A program made the translations under genes and the position numbers. Shown piece after piece: positions 1 through 11,500 of a stretch of DNA of 36,055 nt. The notes beneath the pieces are model-generated. The model did not search any database. It had not been told where the DNA came from and saw only the letters and a list, made by a program, of their open reading frames with translations. Every line of letters begins with the position of its first letter. Within the stretch, counting starts at the first letter, position 1. The stretch is from a virus (Duplodnaviria; Caudoviricetes): the IMG/VR virus record IMGVR_UViG_3300044638_005324, positions 1-36,055 of that record. The stretch is one strand, 5' to 3'.

Positions 1-127
1 GGCGGAATGGCTTGGACTGATTCTCTTGGATTTGATATCTATGTAACTAATCAAGTAGCAAATACTGGTACTTTAGCAACACCTGTTTCGAAAGTATTAG
101 CTGGTTCTTACAATTCAATTGCATTCG
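1..127. repeat. Terminal direct repeat (left copy); circular assembly overlap
   Basis: 1-127 is identical to 35929-36055. It falls inside the coat gene, and 127 is a common assembler k-mer size. Confidence 0.95.
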
Positions 128-276
128 CTTCGCAAATCATGGAAACTGAAGCAATTCGTTTAGAAAGCACATTTGATACAGGAGTTCGTGGATTACACGT
201 TTATGGTGCAAAAGTAATTCAGCCTAACCTTCTTCACACAGCAACATTCACATATTCAGCTGAAACAACAATTTAA
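1..276 (+). CDS. Major capsid protein, C-terminal part
   Basis: In-frame continuation across the circular junction, ending ...FDTGVRGLHVYGAKVIQP..., a typical C-terminus for this coat family. Confidence 0.9.
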   Translation, partial: GGMAWTDSLGFDIYVTNQVANTGTLATPVSKVLAGSYNSIAFASQIMETEAIRLESTFDTGVRGLHVYGAKVIQPNLLHTATFTYSAETTI

Positions 277-301
277 TATATAATCAAGGAGGAAATATAA
301 A

Positions 302-682
302 ATGGCAGCAGTATCCGTTAATACAATATCAACTTATAACACACTTAAAACATTTAATACAGTTGCAGGTTTAGCATTAGGAACTAACACTTCGTTCACA
401 ACTTTAGCAGCTGGTGACCACACATTAACACCATCTTCGTCAAGTGTATATACTAGAGCAGTTTTGTTAATTTGTGCAGTAACAACAGGTGCAACAGTTA
501 GTATAGCAGCTGGTAATTTTTGGGCAAGTAAATCAGTAGACCTTGGAACTTTAGGTGCAAATCAACTTTATGCAGTAGTTTTTGAAGGTGCAAATGTAGG
601 AGATGTATCCGCAGGAGCTCAAGCAATTGATATTACTGTTGGCGTACAAACTGTCGGTGCAGCTTGGATTGAATTGCCGTAA
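302..682 (+). CDS. Probable head decoration or minor structural protein
   Basis: Strong AGGAGG RBS, A/T/G/V-rich composition, directly after the coat gene and before a terminator. Confidence 0.55.
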   Translation: MAAVSVNTISTYNTLKTFNTVAGLALGTNTSFTTLAAGDHTLTPSSSSVYTRAVLLICAVTTGATVSIAAGNFWASKSVDLGTLGANQLYAVVFEGANVGDVSAGAQAIDITVGVQTVGAAWIELP

Positions 683-684
683 AT

Positions 685-715
685 AAAAGAGGGGGCTTAA
701 TTGCCCCCTTTATTT
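685..715 (+). terminator. Intrinsic terminator after the head genes
   Basis: AGGGGGC-TTAATT-GCCCCCT hairpin (690-709) followed by TTATTT. Confidence 0.75.
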
Positions 716-733
716 AAATAGGGAGGAACATTA

Positions 734-1102
734 ATGCCTACTTATATTCAAACGACTAGGGCTGTCAAAAATGATTTCACAACAACTACAGCTACCATTG
801 CAAATGGTACTTCATTATCTAATGCAGTTTACTTAGGTTCTTCTGATTTAATATCAATTATTATGTCTGAAGAATGGACAACAGCTAATATAACTTACCA
901 ATTTTCAGTAGACGGAATTAATTTCTATAATGCCTATAGCACAACTGCTGAATTATCATCAACAGCTGCAGTTGCAAGTAGAATTATATCTATCAATTCG
1001 GCAAACTACGATGCTGGAAGATACATTAAAATTCGAAGCGGAACTTCGGCTACACCAGTAAATCAAGCGGCAGATAGAATTTTAACTTTGATACTAGGGT
1101 GA
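734..1102 (+). CDS. Hypothetical virion structural protein
   Basis: GGGAGG RBS, T/S/A-rich sequence (IANGTSLSNAV...YIKIRSGTSATPVNQAADRILTL), located in the morphogenesis arm. Confidence 0.55.
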   Translation: MPTYIQTTRAVKNDFTTTTATIANGTSLSNAVYLGSSDLISIIMSEEWTTANITYQFSVDGINFYNAYSTTAELSSTAAVASRIISINSANYDAGRYIKIRSGTSATPVNQAADRILTLILG

Positions 1103-1106
1103 TTAA

Positions 1107-2069
1107 ATGTCAACTACAGTAAATCAGGTATTTAATATCACAATGGATTTAATAGACGAAAGAACGGATGCAGGAACTCTCACAGATTCCGATGTTGTTT
1201 CTTATCGTGTAAAAACTTACAACTTATTAAATCTATTACAAGCAGAGCTTCTTAAACAAGGCGATGTTTATTCGGAATATGAAATTTCCAATAAACCTGT
1301 TGATAATAAACTTGGATACAATTCTGGTTTTACTGTAGAACAATTCACTGGAACAGATGTTTCATTCGAAGGAGATTCACCTACAAAGGCTTATTACTTT
1401 GAAGCCGATAATGTTGGTATAGTATACATCGAAGACTATACTGGTGTTTGGAATACATTAGAAACTGTTAACACAACAACTTCTTTTGGATTTACCCCAT
1501 ATAAAGGGGTAGTTACGCCTACATCTGGTGCTACAAGGTCGAGAATACGTTTTAGTGGAACTAACTACTATCGAAATGTTAATCGTGCTTTATTCAATGT
1601 GCCATTTGCAACTTCTGCGGATGTTCCTGATTATAGACCATGGATTAAAAAGACAATGCCTTCAGACTTTAAAAGCGTAGACCAAATTGTATCAGAGTAT
1701 GTTGATTTAGCTAATAACACTTACGGACAGTATGCCAAAGATGCAAACTATAAATGGGAAGGTCGCAACAACCTTTACATGGACTACTTTTTTAATGGAA
1801 GCATTAGGATTATATATCATCCAATTCCAGAGTTATTAACTTTTTCAAATATTGGTAATTCTAGTGAAGATTTAAATCAATTACTTACTGTAGATGACAT
1901 TACAGCTAGAACTATTTTACCATACGGATTAGCAGCTCACTTACTGTTAACTGAAAACTCTGCTTCAGCTTCTTTTTTCAACCAACGATATGAGGAATTA
2001 AAATTTGAAGGCACTCGGCAACAACCTGCAAGTGCTGAACAAATAATTAATATTTACGGAGGGATTTAA
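1107..2069 (+). CDS. Probable head-tail adaptor (podovirus tubular-protein-A-like) with a central insertion
   Basis: Helical N- and C-terminal segments (LLNLLQAELL; ILPYGLAAHLLLTENSASASFFNQRYEEL); position between the head genes and the nozzle gene. Confidence 0.6.
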   Translation: MSTTVNQVFNITMDLIDERTDAGTLTDSDVVSYRVKTYNLLNLLQAELLKQGDVYSEYEISNKPVDNKLGYNSGFTVEQFTGTDVSFEGDSPTKAYYFEADNVGIVYIEDYTGVWNTLETVNTTTSFGFTPYKGVVTPTSGATRSRIRFSGTNYYRNVNRALFNVPFATSADVPDYRPWIKKTMPSDFKSVDQIVSEYVDLANNTYGQYAKDANYKWEGRNNLYMDYFFNGSIRIIYHPIPELLTFSNIGNSSEDLNQLLTVDDITARTILPYGLAAHLLLTENSASASFFNQRYEELKFEGTRQQPASAEQIINIYGGI

Positions 2070-4952
2070 TTGGCACAAATTCAAGTTCAAAAACCTCCTT
2101 CTCCAGTTGCGATAAATAATTTCTTGGGTATTAACGAAGATACTAGCGGTGATACTCAATTAAAGTTGGGCGAAAGTCCAGATATGACTAACTTCAGAAT
2201 AACCGAAAACTATAAGCTAAAAAAAAGAGAAGGTTATCTTCAACTATTTGATTCCTATGGTTCTTATGAAATACGTGGAATGTTTAGTGGTAATTTAAAT
2301 AATATATTAGTTCAATTATTTGCAATGAATGGTAAGATTTGGGTTCAAGAAGAAATAAGCGGAACAGATTATGCAACTCTTGATACATCTTCTTATACAA
2401 ATGTAGATGTAATTAAAACGACAGCATCTTCCATTTCACCTATCCAAGCGGGTACAACTGGTGTAAATGGTTTTAATATATATACAAACTCAAACAGAAA
2501 TTCTCTTTCAGAAGTTTCTCAAGCAAACATAGATTTAATTGCTAGTATAGGAAAATACTATTATCACACAGACAAATCAATTTGGATAATTGTAACAAAG
2601 GGTTTGTACGGAAGCATTGCCGCTGCACGTACAGGATTAGGTGTGTCTTACGCTTACCATCAATTATATAATCCATCCGTTTCTTTATCTGATTCAGTAA
2701 CTAATTTTTTCACATTCAATGATACGCAATATACTTTTGGAAGTTTAATTTCATCTAAACGCAAAACATCATTATATATTATGGATGGAACTGGTTACTA
2801 TTTTTGGGATGGTACTGATTATGGTTCTGTAACTGGGTATGTTCCTAAAGTTTCAATATCTAGTTTGTATGATGGGACTGAAGCTTCTGAATTTGAACCA
2901 CTTAATTTGCTTACAAACAAAAGAGGACAAGACCTTACTGGTGCTACAGATTATAGTATAAGTGGTTCTCAATATGCGACTTTAGACAAAGTTACTTTCT
3001 CAAATGTTCACGTAGTAAAAACTACACCAGTAGCAAGTATTGTGCCTGGAACCTCCGCTACCTTTACAGCTAGTATTTCTGGAACAACAATGACTGTTAC
3101 CGCAACGAGTCTTAGCGGAATTGATGTTGGTCACGTTATTACTGGCACAGGCGTAACTGCTGGGACTTTTGTAACTGCTTTTTTAACTGGCAGTGGTGGA
3201 AATGGAACTTATACTGTTTCTGTATCTCAAACAGTAGCTTCTACTTCAATGGACTCATACAGTCCTATTATGGTAGTAAAAAACAGTTCTAATTTAGTTC
3301 TAACGCAATATTCTTATAATGATATAGATAATGCACTAAGTGAAGGTGGATATTATGTCCATACTGACAAATCAATTTGGTTCATAGTAGACAAAACTGC
3401 ATATGCAAACATAACTGCAGCTAGAGAAGATTTAGGAATTTCTTATTGGTGTCCTTTAGTTTATCAATTAGCGGAGTTCAACCTAAAATCCGTTGACTAT
3501 GTTTATTCTTTAAGTGCAATGACAAATGATTACCAATTACAAATAATCAACTCGGATTACTTGGTTAATCTGCAAACAGGTAGAATAACTTTTAAAACCC
3601 AACCTATTTCAAATGTAAATACAATTCAAGTTTATTATACACGTGGTTTCCAATCAGATATTAGTACAGTTAGTGGTACTCTTACTTATAATATTACTTT
3701 TAACGGAAACAATGTAACTAATTTAGATAGTGTTGACTTTGTTTATTTGAATGGTATATTGAAAACACCTACAACTGATTATACTATTAACTTAGTAAAT
3801 GGAACTGTTACTTTAATAGCTAATCCAGGCACAGGAACAAATAATTTAGTTGTTTATGCATCCAAAGAATCTTTAGTCAGACCAGAAATCACAGATAGAA
3901 AATATAACATGAGATTCGGTGGTTCTAATGACTTTAGAATATTTCTATATGGAAAAAACATCGGAGAAGGAACAAATCGTTATTATTATTCAAATCTTGC
4001 AAACGGATTACCCTCTGCTTCTTACTTTCCTGCAAGTTTTTATAACGAAATTGGAACACCCGAAAACGTAATAACTGGTATAACAAGGCAATACGATAGA
4101 CAAATTATATACACAGATATTAATGGTGCTTTTTATTCTTTTTATGAAACGACACAAATAGATGGAATTACTTTTCCTAGTTTCCCTGTATTCTCAATTA
4201 ATAAATCAATAGGTAATTCGGCTATAGGTCAAGTTCAAGTAGTTCAAAATAATCCATTTACTGTTTTTAAAGGAATACAAGAATGGGTAGGAACTTCAGT
4301 ACAAGATGAAAGAAATGCTAGATACATTTCAAAACGAATGCAAGTATCATTAGATTCCGTTGATTTAACACAAGTCACAACCATTGACTGGGAAAAAAAA
4401 TATGAATATTGGGTATGTAGTGGTAATCAAGCTTTTGTTTACAACTATAGACTGGATGTTTGGTATAAGTTTGAATTTGCACATAATGTAAAGCCTTTAC
4501 TTGTTGTAAATGATATTTTATACTTTGGTACAGATGCTGGTCAAATTATGCAATTCTTATCATCTAAAACGAATGACAATGGTACAGTTATTGATGCACA
4601 TTGGGAAACAGGTTTTTACGACTTTGATGCTTTATGGTTACAAAAATACATTTACGAAATGTGGATTTCATTAAGTCCTGAAGGTAAAACTTCAGTAGAT
4701 ATAACGTACGAAACAAACTACAATCAATCCGCTTTAACATATCAAGCATCTTATGATTTAATAACATTTGTTGGAATGGATTTTAGTGAATTTTCTTTTT
4801 CAACAAGCAGTAATCCTCAACCATTTAGATTTAAAATAAAGGCAAAAAAGTTTGTTTATTTTAGATTAAATTTAGATAACACTGATTTGGGAGACACTCT
4901 TACAATATTATCAATTAATTTAGCTTCCGCATATGGAAGCAAGACGAGGTGA
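2070..4952 (+). CDS. Probable tail nozzle/stabilisation protein (P22 gp10 / T7 gp12-like) with inserted duplicated modules
   Basis: TTG start after GGAGG. N-terminal FLGINED...ESPDMTNF...LKKREG and C-terminal [12 protein letters not shown]...K motifs; 960 aa; position in the arm. Confidence 0.65.
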   Translation: MAQIQVQKPPSPVAINNFLGINEDTSGDTQLKLGESPDMTNFRITENYKLKKREGYLQLFDSYGSYEIRGMFSGNLNNILVQLFAMNGKIWVQEEISGTDYATLDTSSYTNVDVIKTTASSISPIQAGTTGVNGFNIYTNSNRNSLSEVSQANIDLIASIGKYYYHTDKSIWIIVTKGLYGSIAAARTGLGVSYAYHQLYNPSVSLSDSVTNFFTFNDTQYTFGSLISSKRKTSLYIMDGTGYYFWDGTDYGSVTGYVPKVSISSLYDGTEASEFEPLNLLTNKRGQDLTGATDYSISGSQYATLDKVTFSNVHVVKTTPVASIVPGTSATFTASISGTTMTVTATSLSGIDVGHVITGTGVTAGTFVTAFLTGSGGNGTYTVSVSQTVASTSMDSYSPIMVVKNSSNLVLTQYSYNDIDNALSEGGYYVHTDKSIWFIVDKTAYANITAAREDLGISYWCPLVYQLAEFNLKSVDYVYSLSAMTNDYQLQIINSDYLVNLQTGRITFKTQPISNVNTIQVYYTRGFQSDISTVSGTLTYNITFNGNNVTNLDSVDFVYLNGILKTPTTDYTINLVNGTVTLIANPGTGTNNLVVYASKESLVRPEITDRKYNMRFGGSNDFRIFLYGKNIGEGTNRYYYSNLANGLPSASYFPASFYNEIGTPENVITGITRQYDRQIIYTDINGAFYSFYETTQIDGITFPSFPVFSINKSIGNSAIGQVQVVQNNPFTVFKGIQEWVGTSVQDERNARYISKRMQVSLDSVDLTQVTTIDWEKKYEYWVCSGNQAFVYNYRLDVWYKFEFAHNVKPLLVVNDILYFGTDAGQIMQFLSSKTNDNGTVIDAHWETGFYDFDALWLQKYIYEMWISLSPEGKTSVDITYETNYNQSALTYQASYDLITFVGMDFSEFSFSTSSNPQPFRFKIKAKKFVYFRLNLDNTDLGDTLTILSINLASAYGSKTR

Positions 4953-4956
4953 CAAA

Positions 4957-6714
4957 ATGCCATTTACAAGTTGTACAGTTACAGTAAATAACATAGCAAG
5001 TTTGTCGGATTTACCAAACACGACAGATGGTCTAACATCTACTCAATTAAAAGAAAAGTTTGACCAGGCTTCAACCGACCTTAAGACTTATCTTAACAGC
5101 ACATTACTAACAGAATTAGCTAGAACAACAACAGGTTTAAGTGCAACAGAAAATATTGGTGGTAGAACAATACCATCAGTTACTGGAAGCACTAGTATAT
5201 CTGCAGGAACTTTATATTCACAGTTGTTAGCACTTCAAACAAAAATAGGTAGTTTTGTAAGTGGTACTGGATTTATGCCAATTACTGGAGGTACATTTAC
5301 TGGTTCTGTTCTTTTCCCTGACGGAACTGAAGCATTACCTTCAATTAGCAATTCAGATGACTCCGATACTGGAATATATTTTCCATTAGCCAATAGATTA
5401 GCAATAACTACTGGTGGTATAGAAGCACTTAGAGTAGATGCAGGGCAAAGATTTGTATTTCAAAACACAATTAATCAACAAACTAGATTCGGTTCAGGAA
5501 CTGTAGTCCCAAACTTTCAAATGATAGGTGATAGTACATCTGCAACTAATTCAGGTTCATGGTTTTTAAGTGGACAGTATTCTTCAGATGCTGTTTCAGG
5601 TAGATTATTCTTTACAAAAAGTAGAAGTGCAACTAAAAATACAACAACATCAGATGGACATATCAGCGTATTAGAATCAGATTCCTTAGGACTATTAAGT
5701 TTTGCTGGTTCTGACGGAGAAAAATATGTAGAAGCTGCCAGAATTTCTGTCGAAGTAGACGGAACTCCTGGTATAAGTGATATGCCTGGAAGATTAAGAT
5801 TTTTAACAACTGCCGATAATGCACAAACACCTTCTGAAAGAATGAGAATAACTCAAGATGGAAATGTAGGAATTGCAACAACTAGCCCAGGTGCCAAATT
5901 ACACATTGATGGTGATTTATTGGCTTCAAGTGCAACTTCCAAATTTTCAACAAGATTTTCAACAACATCAATTACTCCTGACTATCAGTTCTTCGCAACT
6001 GGTGCAGGTTCAGCAATTTTAGCAGGTAGATTTTCAGCAGATGCTTCAAGTTCTAGAATATACTTTGCTAAAAGCAGAAATGCAACAGCAGGTTCTCATA
6101 CAGTAGTTCAATCAGGTGACCAATTAGGTGTGCTTTCGTTCGGTGGTTCTGATGGAACTTTAATTTCAGAAGGTGCTAGAATTTCAGTAGAAGTAGATGG
6201 AACTCCAGGAACTAACGATATGCCAGGTAGAATAGTTTTCTTAACTACTGCCGATGGCTCTGCAACTCCTACTGAAAGACTAAGAATAAGTTCTACTGGT
6301 TTGTTAACTTCTCCGCAAACTTATGCACAATTAGTAACCGCAAGTGTAAGAACAGTTTTAGTTGATAGTGCAGGTCAAATCGGTAATGCCACATCATCAT
6401 TAAGACATAAAGAAAGTATAGAAGACTTAACAGTAAATGTAGAGGATATATTAAAACTAGAAGCAAAAACTTTCTTTTATAAAGAAGATGTAAAACAAAA
6501 CGGAGAAAACGCAATAAGAACTGTTGGGTTTATTGCCGAACAAGCAAAAGATTTAGGTTTAACATATTTATATAATGAAGATGAAGATGGATTACCCGAT
6601 TATTTTGCTTATGATAAGTTTTCAGTTTATTTACTTCAAGTTGTAAAAAAACAACAACAAACAATCGAATCCTTACAAACAAGAATTGAACTGTTAGAAA
6701 GTAAGGTGAATTAA
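4957..6714 (+). CDS. Tail fibre/spike with a C-terminal peptidase S74 intramolecular chaperone
   Basis: SSLRHKESI...GFIAEQ...coiled-coil C-terminus and two internal DMPGR repeats. Start moved to ATG 4957 (GAGGTG RBS). Confidence 0.85.
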   Translation: MPFTSCTVTVNNIASLSDLPNTTDGLTSTQLKEKFDQASTDLKTYLNSTLLTELARTTTGLSATENIGGRTIPSVTGSTSISAGTLYSQLLALQTKIGSFVSGTGFMPITGGTFTGSVLFPDGTEALPSISNSDDSDTGIYFPLANRLAITTGGIEALRVDAGQRFVFQNTINQQTRFGSGTVVPNFQMIGDSTSATNSGSWFLSGQYSSDAVSGRLFFTKSRSATKNTTTSDGHISVLESDSLGLLSFAGSDGEKYVEAARISVEVDGTPGISDMPGRLRFLTTADNAQTPSERMRITQDGNVGIATTSPGAKLHIDGDLLASSATSKFSTRFSTTSITPDYQFFATGAGSAILAGRFSADASSSRIYFAKSRNATAGSHTVVQSGDQLGVLSFGGSDGTLISEGARISVEVDGTPGTNDMPGRIVFLTTADGSATPTERLRISSTGLLTSPQTYAQLVTASVRTVLVDSAGQIGNATSSLRHKESIEDLTVNVEDILKLEAKTFFYKEDVKQNGENAIRTVGFIAEQAKDLGLTYLYNEDEDGLPDYFAYDKFSVYLLQVVKKQQQTIESLQTRIELLESKVN

Positions 6715-6715
6715 A

Positions 6716-8545
6716 ATGGCTGTACTAAGAAGTCCTGGCAATAGAATGGTTGATACACAAGCTGGAGGAAGAGTAGTAAAAACAGGGGATACAACATCTA
6801 GTATTAGAAATAACAAATTAGGTGTATCAGTAGTAACTTTAACTCCATCACAAAAATTAGAAATTCAAAGAAAAGCCAATGCAGGTATACCATTAACAAA
6901 CGCTAGTCCTTTAGCACAACAATATTATGATTCTGTTAAAAAAACGGGTAACATTTCGAATGCAGGACAACAAAGTCAATTCGGAGGAATACCAGGTAAT
7001 ACCCAAAGTGGTCAAGGTTCTAATATTTCAAAACCATTATCTTTAGATATTGCCAAAGGTGTAACAGCTTTACAACAAGCTGCGGCTAAAGGTATTAATT
7101 CTCCTGAAAGCAAATCTTATATGACTTTAACTAATAACAAAATAAAAACAGAAAAACCAAAACCATTAGGAATGTCTGCAACAGTTGAGGGAATAAAGGA
7201 ATTATTTAAAACTGTTTTTAATAAAAAAAGTGGATTTCTTTTGCCATCAGATTCTAAATATAAAAATATTAATGTTGAAAACGAAAAAAAATATTTACAA
7301 AATCTTTATGAAACTGGAAATGAAGGTCAAAAAGATTTTGCTAAAAGACAAGCTAAATTATATGGCATTCAATTAAAAGAACCACAAGCATTAACACAAA
7401 CGATTCAACCAGGAAATCAAAGTTCTTTCTTAGGTATACCAGGTATAACAGATACTGGAGAAGGAGCTTCTTTAGTCAAACCTAAACAAGAAACTATAAT
7501 TCCATCAGAAATAATTAAAAAAGAAACTCCTAAAAAAGAAGATAAAGTAATAAAAGAAGATGTTGATAAAATTGTTGGGAATCAAAACAATATAGACGAA
7601 GACAACGCAAAAAAAGTTTTGGAAGATTTAACTAAAGAAGAAATAACTGCTGTTAATAACGCTTCAAGCACAGAACAAAAAAACGATATCATGAAATATT
7701 TCAATAAACTTCAAGACGAAATTACGAGAAGAACTATTTCTCAATTAAGAACTGGTAAAGAACAAGCGTTATTAGGCTTAGGACAAGCACAAGCTGCAAT
7801 AGCTCCTCAATATGAATCACAAAGAGCTAGAGCTGCAACGACATCTATGCAACAAGCTCGTAATTTTTCTGAATACCTTGCTGCTCGTGGTCAATCCACA
7901 AGCGGTTTAGCGGCACAAGCAGAGCTTTCTAGAGGTAGTGGTTTAACACGTCAACTTGGAGAAATTGGTCAACAACAACAAGCAACACAAGACCAATTAA
8001 ACGCTAACAAAGCAAAGATACAATCTGATTTCCAACTTGCAATTGCTAATGCTAAATCTAATGCAGAAGTTACGAAATTAAATCAAGCTTTAGCTCAAGC
8101 TATGAAGCAAGAAGATAGAGCATATTCAGAACAAATTTATGAAAAACAAAAGCAAGATAGATTAAATGAAATTCGTTCTGGAAGAGAATGGCAATTAGCT
8201 TTTGCTAACTATCAAAATGCAATAAATAGAGGTAATACTGAAGAAGCAAGAAATTTCCAAATTAAAATGTTTGAATTAGAACAACAAGCTACTAAAGATT
8301 TAGTTACATTTAGAGCTAGTTTAGAACCTCCCGCTGTTGAAAAACCTCAAGATTATAATTATAAAACTGATTCTAATTTTGCAAATGCTTTGCAACAATT
8401 ACAAAGCGGTGATGTTGAAGCGAATTATAATGATATTGTCCAAAATGCTAGTGATTATATATACGCTTTTGGATATGAAGGTTATAATGAAATTAAGAAA
8501 CAATTAGAAGGTATTTTGAACAGAAATCCTTTTTTAACACAATAA
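6716..8545 (+). CDS. Probable internal virion/ejection protein
   Basis: Q/A-rich coiled coil (LAARGQSTSGLAAQAE); lies between the fibre gene and the giant ORF, as in podoviruses. Confidence 0.55.
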   Translation: MAVLRSPGNRMVDTQAGGRVVKTGDTTSSIRNNKLGVSVVTLTPSQKLEIQRKANAGIPLTNASPLAQQYYDSVKKTGNISNAGQQSQFGGIPGNTQSGQGSNISKPLSLDIAKGVTALQQAAAKGINSPESKSYMTLTNNKIKTEKPKPLGMSATVEGIKELFKTVFNKKSGFLLPSDSKYKNINVENEKKYLQNLYETGNEGQKDFAKRQAKLYGIQLKEPQALTQTIQPGNQSSFLGIPGITDTGEGASLVKPKQETIIPSEIIKKETPKKEDKVIKEDVDKIVGNQNNIDEDNAKKVLEDLTKEEITAVNNASSTEQKNDIMKYFNKLQDEITRRTISQLRTGKEQALLGLGQAQAAIAPQYESQRARAATTSMQQARNFSEYLAARGQSTSGLAAQAELSRGSGLTRQLGEIGQQQQATQDQLNANKAKIQSDFQLAIANAKSNAEVTKLNQALAQAMKQEDRAYSEQIYEKQKQDRLNEIRSGREWQLAFANYQNAINRGNTEEARNFQIKMFELEQQATKDLVTFRASLEPPAVEKPQDYNYKTDSNFANALQQLQSGDVEANYNDIVQNASDYIYAFGYEGYNEIKKQLEGILNRNPFLTQ

Positions 8546-8563
8546 TATTAAGTTGGTGAAAAT

Positions 8564-11500
8564 ATGGCAGATTATAACTTTAAATCTCCAATTCTTCAAA
8601 AAGTTTACTCTCAACAACCTGGAAGTACCATGAGACCAGGAATTACCAATCAACCTCAGCCAAAAGAATTTAAGTCAAATATATTACGTCAAGTTTATGG
8701 ACAAGAAATCACTCAACCTACTGTTCCGCAAGCTCCAACAATGCCTGAAGAAGAACCTGGATTTTTGGGAAGGACATTAAGAGCCTTACCAAAACCAATT
8801 CTTAAAGCTTTGAGTTCTGATAGTTTTTTAGTTAAATCACCTTTAAAACCTATTGCCGATAAAATTTTACCTGCAGGATTTGGTAAAGAATCCGAAAGAT
8901 TAAGAAAAAGATTTATAGATAGCACAACCTTTGGCTTAACTGGTGAAGTAGATAAAATCCTAGGCAAAAATATTGATTATCGTGATGCAAGGTCTTTATC
9001 AGATGATAAATTAGGTTCTGTATTAGATGGTGCTTCAACTATTGCTGGTTATTTTGTTCCTGGTTTGGGTTGGTTAAAAGGAGTTAAAGCTTTAGGTCTT
9101 GGTGCTAAATCTATTCCTGCTTTATCAAAAGGGGCTTCTTTATCTCAAAAAACCGGTAGACTTGGTAAAGTTGCTGCTCAACAAGCAAAAGAAGGTATGG
9201 CAATTGGTTTAGGTATATCTGCAACAGAAGTTGGCGTAAGAGAATCTTTAAATCCACAAGATTATACAGCGAAAGAAAATATAAATTATATTGGTCAAAA
9301 CGTTCTGATGGGTCTTGCTTTAGACCCATTAGCTTATGGCGTTTTTAGAGGTATATCAAAATTAAAACAAAAATTATCAAAACCACAAATTGATTTATCT
9401 ACAGAAACTGGTGAAATGATTCCTCCAGTTGATTTCAAACTACCACAACCAAATGAATTAAATGAACAAGTATTCAAAGATTTGTTCGATTTAAATGTTA
9501 CTAAAGATGAAGTAGACAGAATTAAGACTGCTTTATTATCAGAATTTAACTTACAAAGAATGAAAAAAGCAGAAGAAGATTATGTAAAAATAAATGAATT
9601 AACACCTGAAGAACAATATGCTTTTCAAGAAAAAATGTATGAAACAGTTTTTGCTCATGAAATAGCAAGATATATTCGTCAAGAAGAATTAGAAAAAACT
9701 TTTGGTAAATTAAAAATTGACGATAAAGATTATTCCGATTACAAAACTGCTGCAGAAAAGAGATACGAACGAAAAATAAAAGAATTAGAAGAATTAGATG
9801 CACAAAAACAAAGAGAAATAAAAAAACAAGCAAAAAGTGAAATTACTAGTACTTTTAGAGAACTCCCTAGAGCTAATAAACAATTAATGCAAAAAATAAA
9901 ACAACTTGAAAAAGAAAATATTTTTGCTGATTTGAAAGAAGAAACAATAACAGCTCCACAATTAACTTCAACAGTTCCGCAATTAACTTCAACAGTTCCG
10001 CAATTAACTTCAAGAAGAAGAAGTACTAAAACTGCAAGTAGTAAATTATTGCCGACACCAACAACCACTGTTTCTTCTGAACAGTTACCTTTCATTTCTC
10101 AAGATGTAAGTGTACCTTTAACTACAACTAAACCAACTAAAACTACAGTAGACTCAAAACAAACATCAAAAAAAGAAAATCAATTTAATTATATTGGAAA
10201 AAGTGGTAATTTAGTTCCAACTGAAGGCAAGGTTTATAATTTTAGAAATGGAGAAAAAGGATTCTACTTTAAAGCAAGAGATTTATATTACATTGCCAAA
10301 GAAGACGGCACTGTTCTTTCTAATGGAAAAACTTTAAAAGAAGCAACATCTAATTTTTATAAATCTCCAAAAGCTGAATCTAATATTTCACAAGCTAAAG
10401 CAGTTACCTCACAAAAAAAACAATTAGAAACAACTGTTGAAAATTTTACTGTTTTCAACAGAATGACGGAAAAACAAGAAGTTGCTGCTTTTAAAAAAAT
10501 AAAAGGAATTAATGAAGAAATAAATTTACAAAATAGACAAAATAAATATTATAGATACAATACTAAATCCGGTAATTTTGAATTAAAAGAAGTTAGAGGT
10601 TCTAAAGAAGGAAAAGAATACGTTATTCGTGATATGGACGGAAACGTTCTATCCAAAGGTAAAGATAGATTCGGTGCTTTTTATAAGTTAAACGAACCTT
10701 TCTTAAATGATGCTAAAAAAGATATTCCGGAATATATTCAAAATAGATATTCTCAAGAAGGAAAAATCCGTTCTATTGAAAGCAATCAAACATATCAACA
10801 AAAGAAAGCGGATATCAATACTCAAAATAGAAAAGAATTTTTAGAAAATGAAAATTTAATTTCTGTTATAGTCAAATCAAAAGATGGCAAGAAATTCACA
10901 ACAACTGAAGTAAAACCTTATTCTATTGACAGGACAAGTGTCTATTATTTAGTAGATAAAAAAAATAAATTTAATATAATTGATTATTTTGAAAAAAGAA
11001 TAATTGCCACTGGTGATACTTTGCAAGATGCTGTTTCAGCATACAAAACCGAAATGGCTAAAAGAGTTGAAATTATTAAAGCAGAAGATTTAAAAAAGAG
11101 ACGTGAAATAGAAGCTGCAGCAAGAGGAGAAAGAGAAGCGGCAAGGTTGAGAGATAAAGAATTACCTAAACCTAGAGATGCTTCAAAACAAATAGTAATA
11201 GATGCAGAACAAAGTAACATTAAAAAATATTCAGAAGAAGTACAAAGTAAAATTAAATTAGCAAGAAAATTTTTATCTCAATTAAAAAAAGAATATGATG
11301 ATAATGGTTATTCAATTCCAAATGTTCGTCAAGAAAACGAAAAATTTTTAAATGAATTATCTAGAATAAACGATAGACTTTTCGTATTAAAATCTCAATA
11401 TCAAGAATCTTTAAGTTTGTTGAAACAAAATTTAGAATTTAACGAAACAGTTTTATCTCAATCTGAAAGAAAAATTTTCTCCGAAATTGAAGACTTAAAA

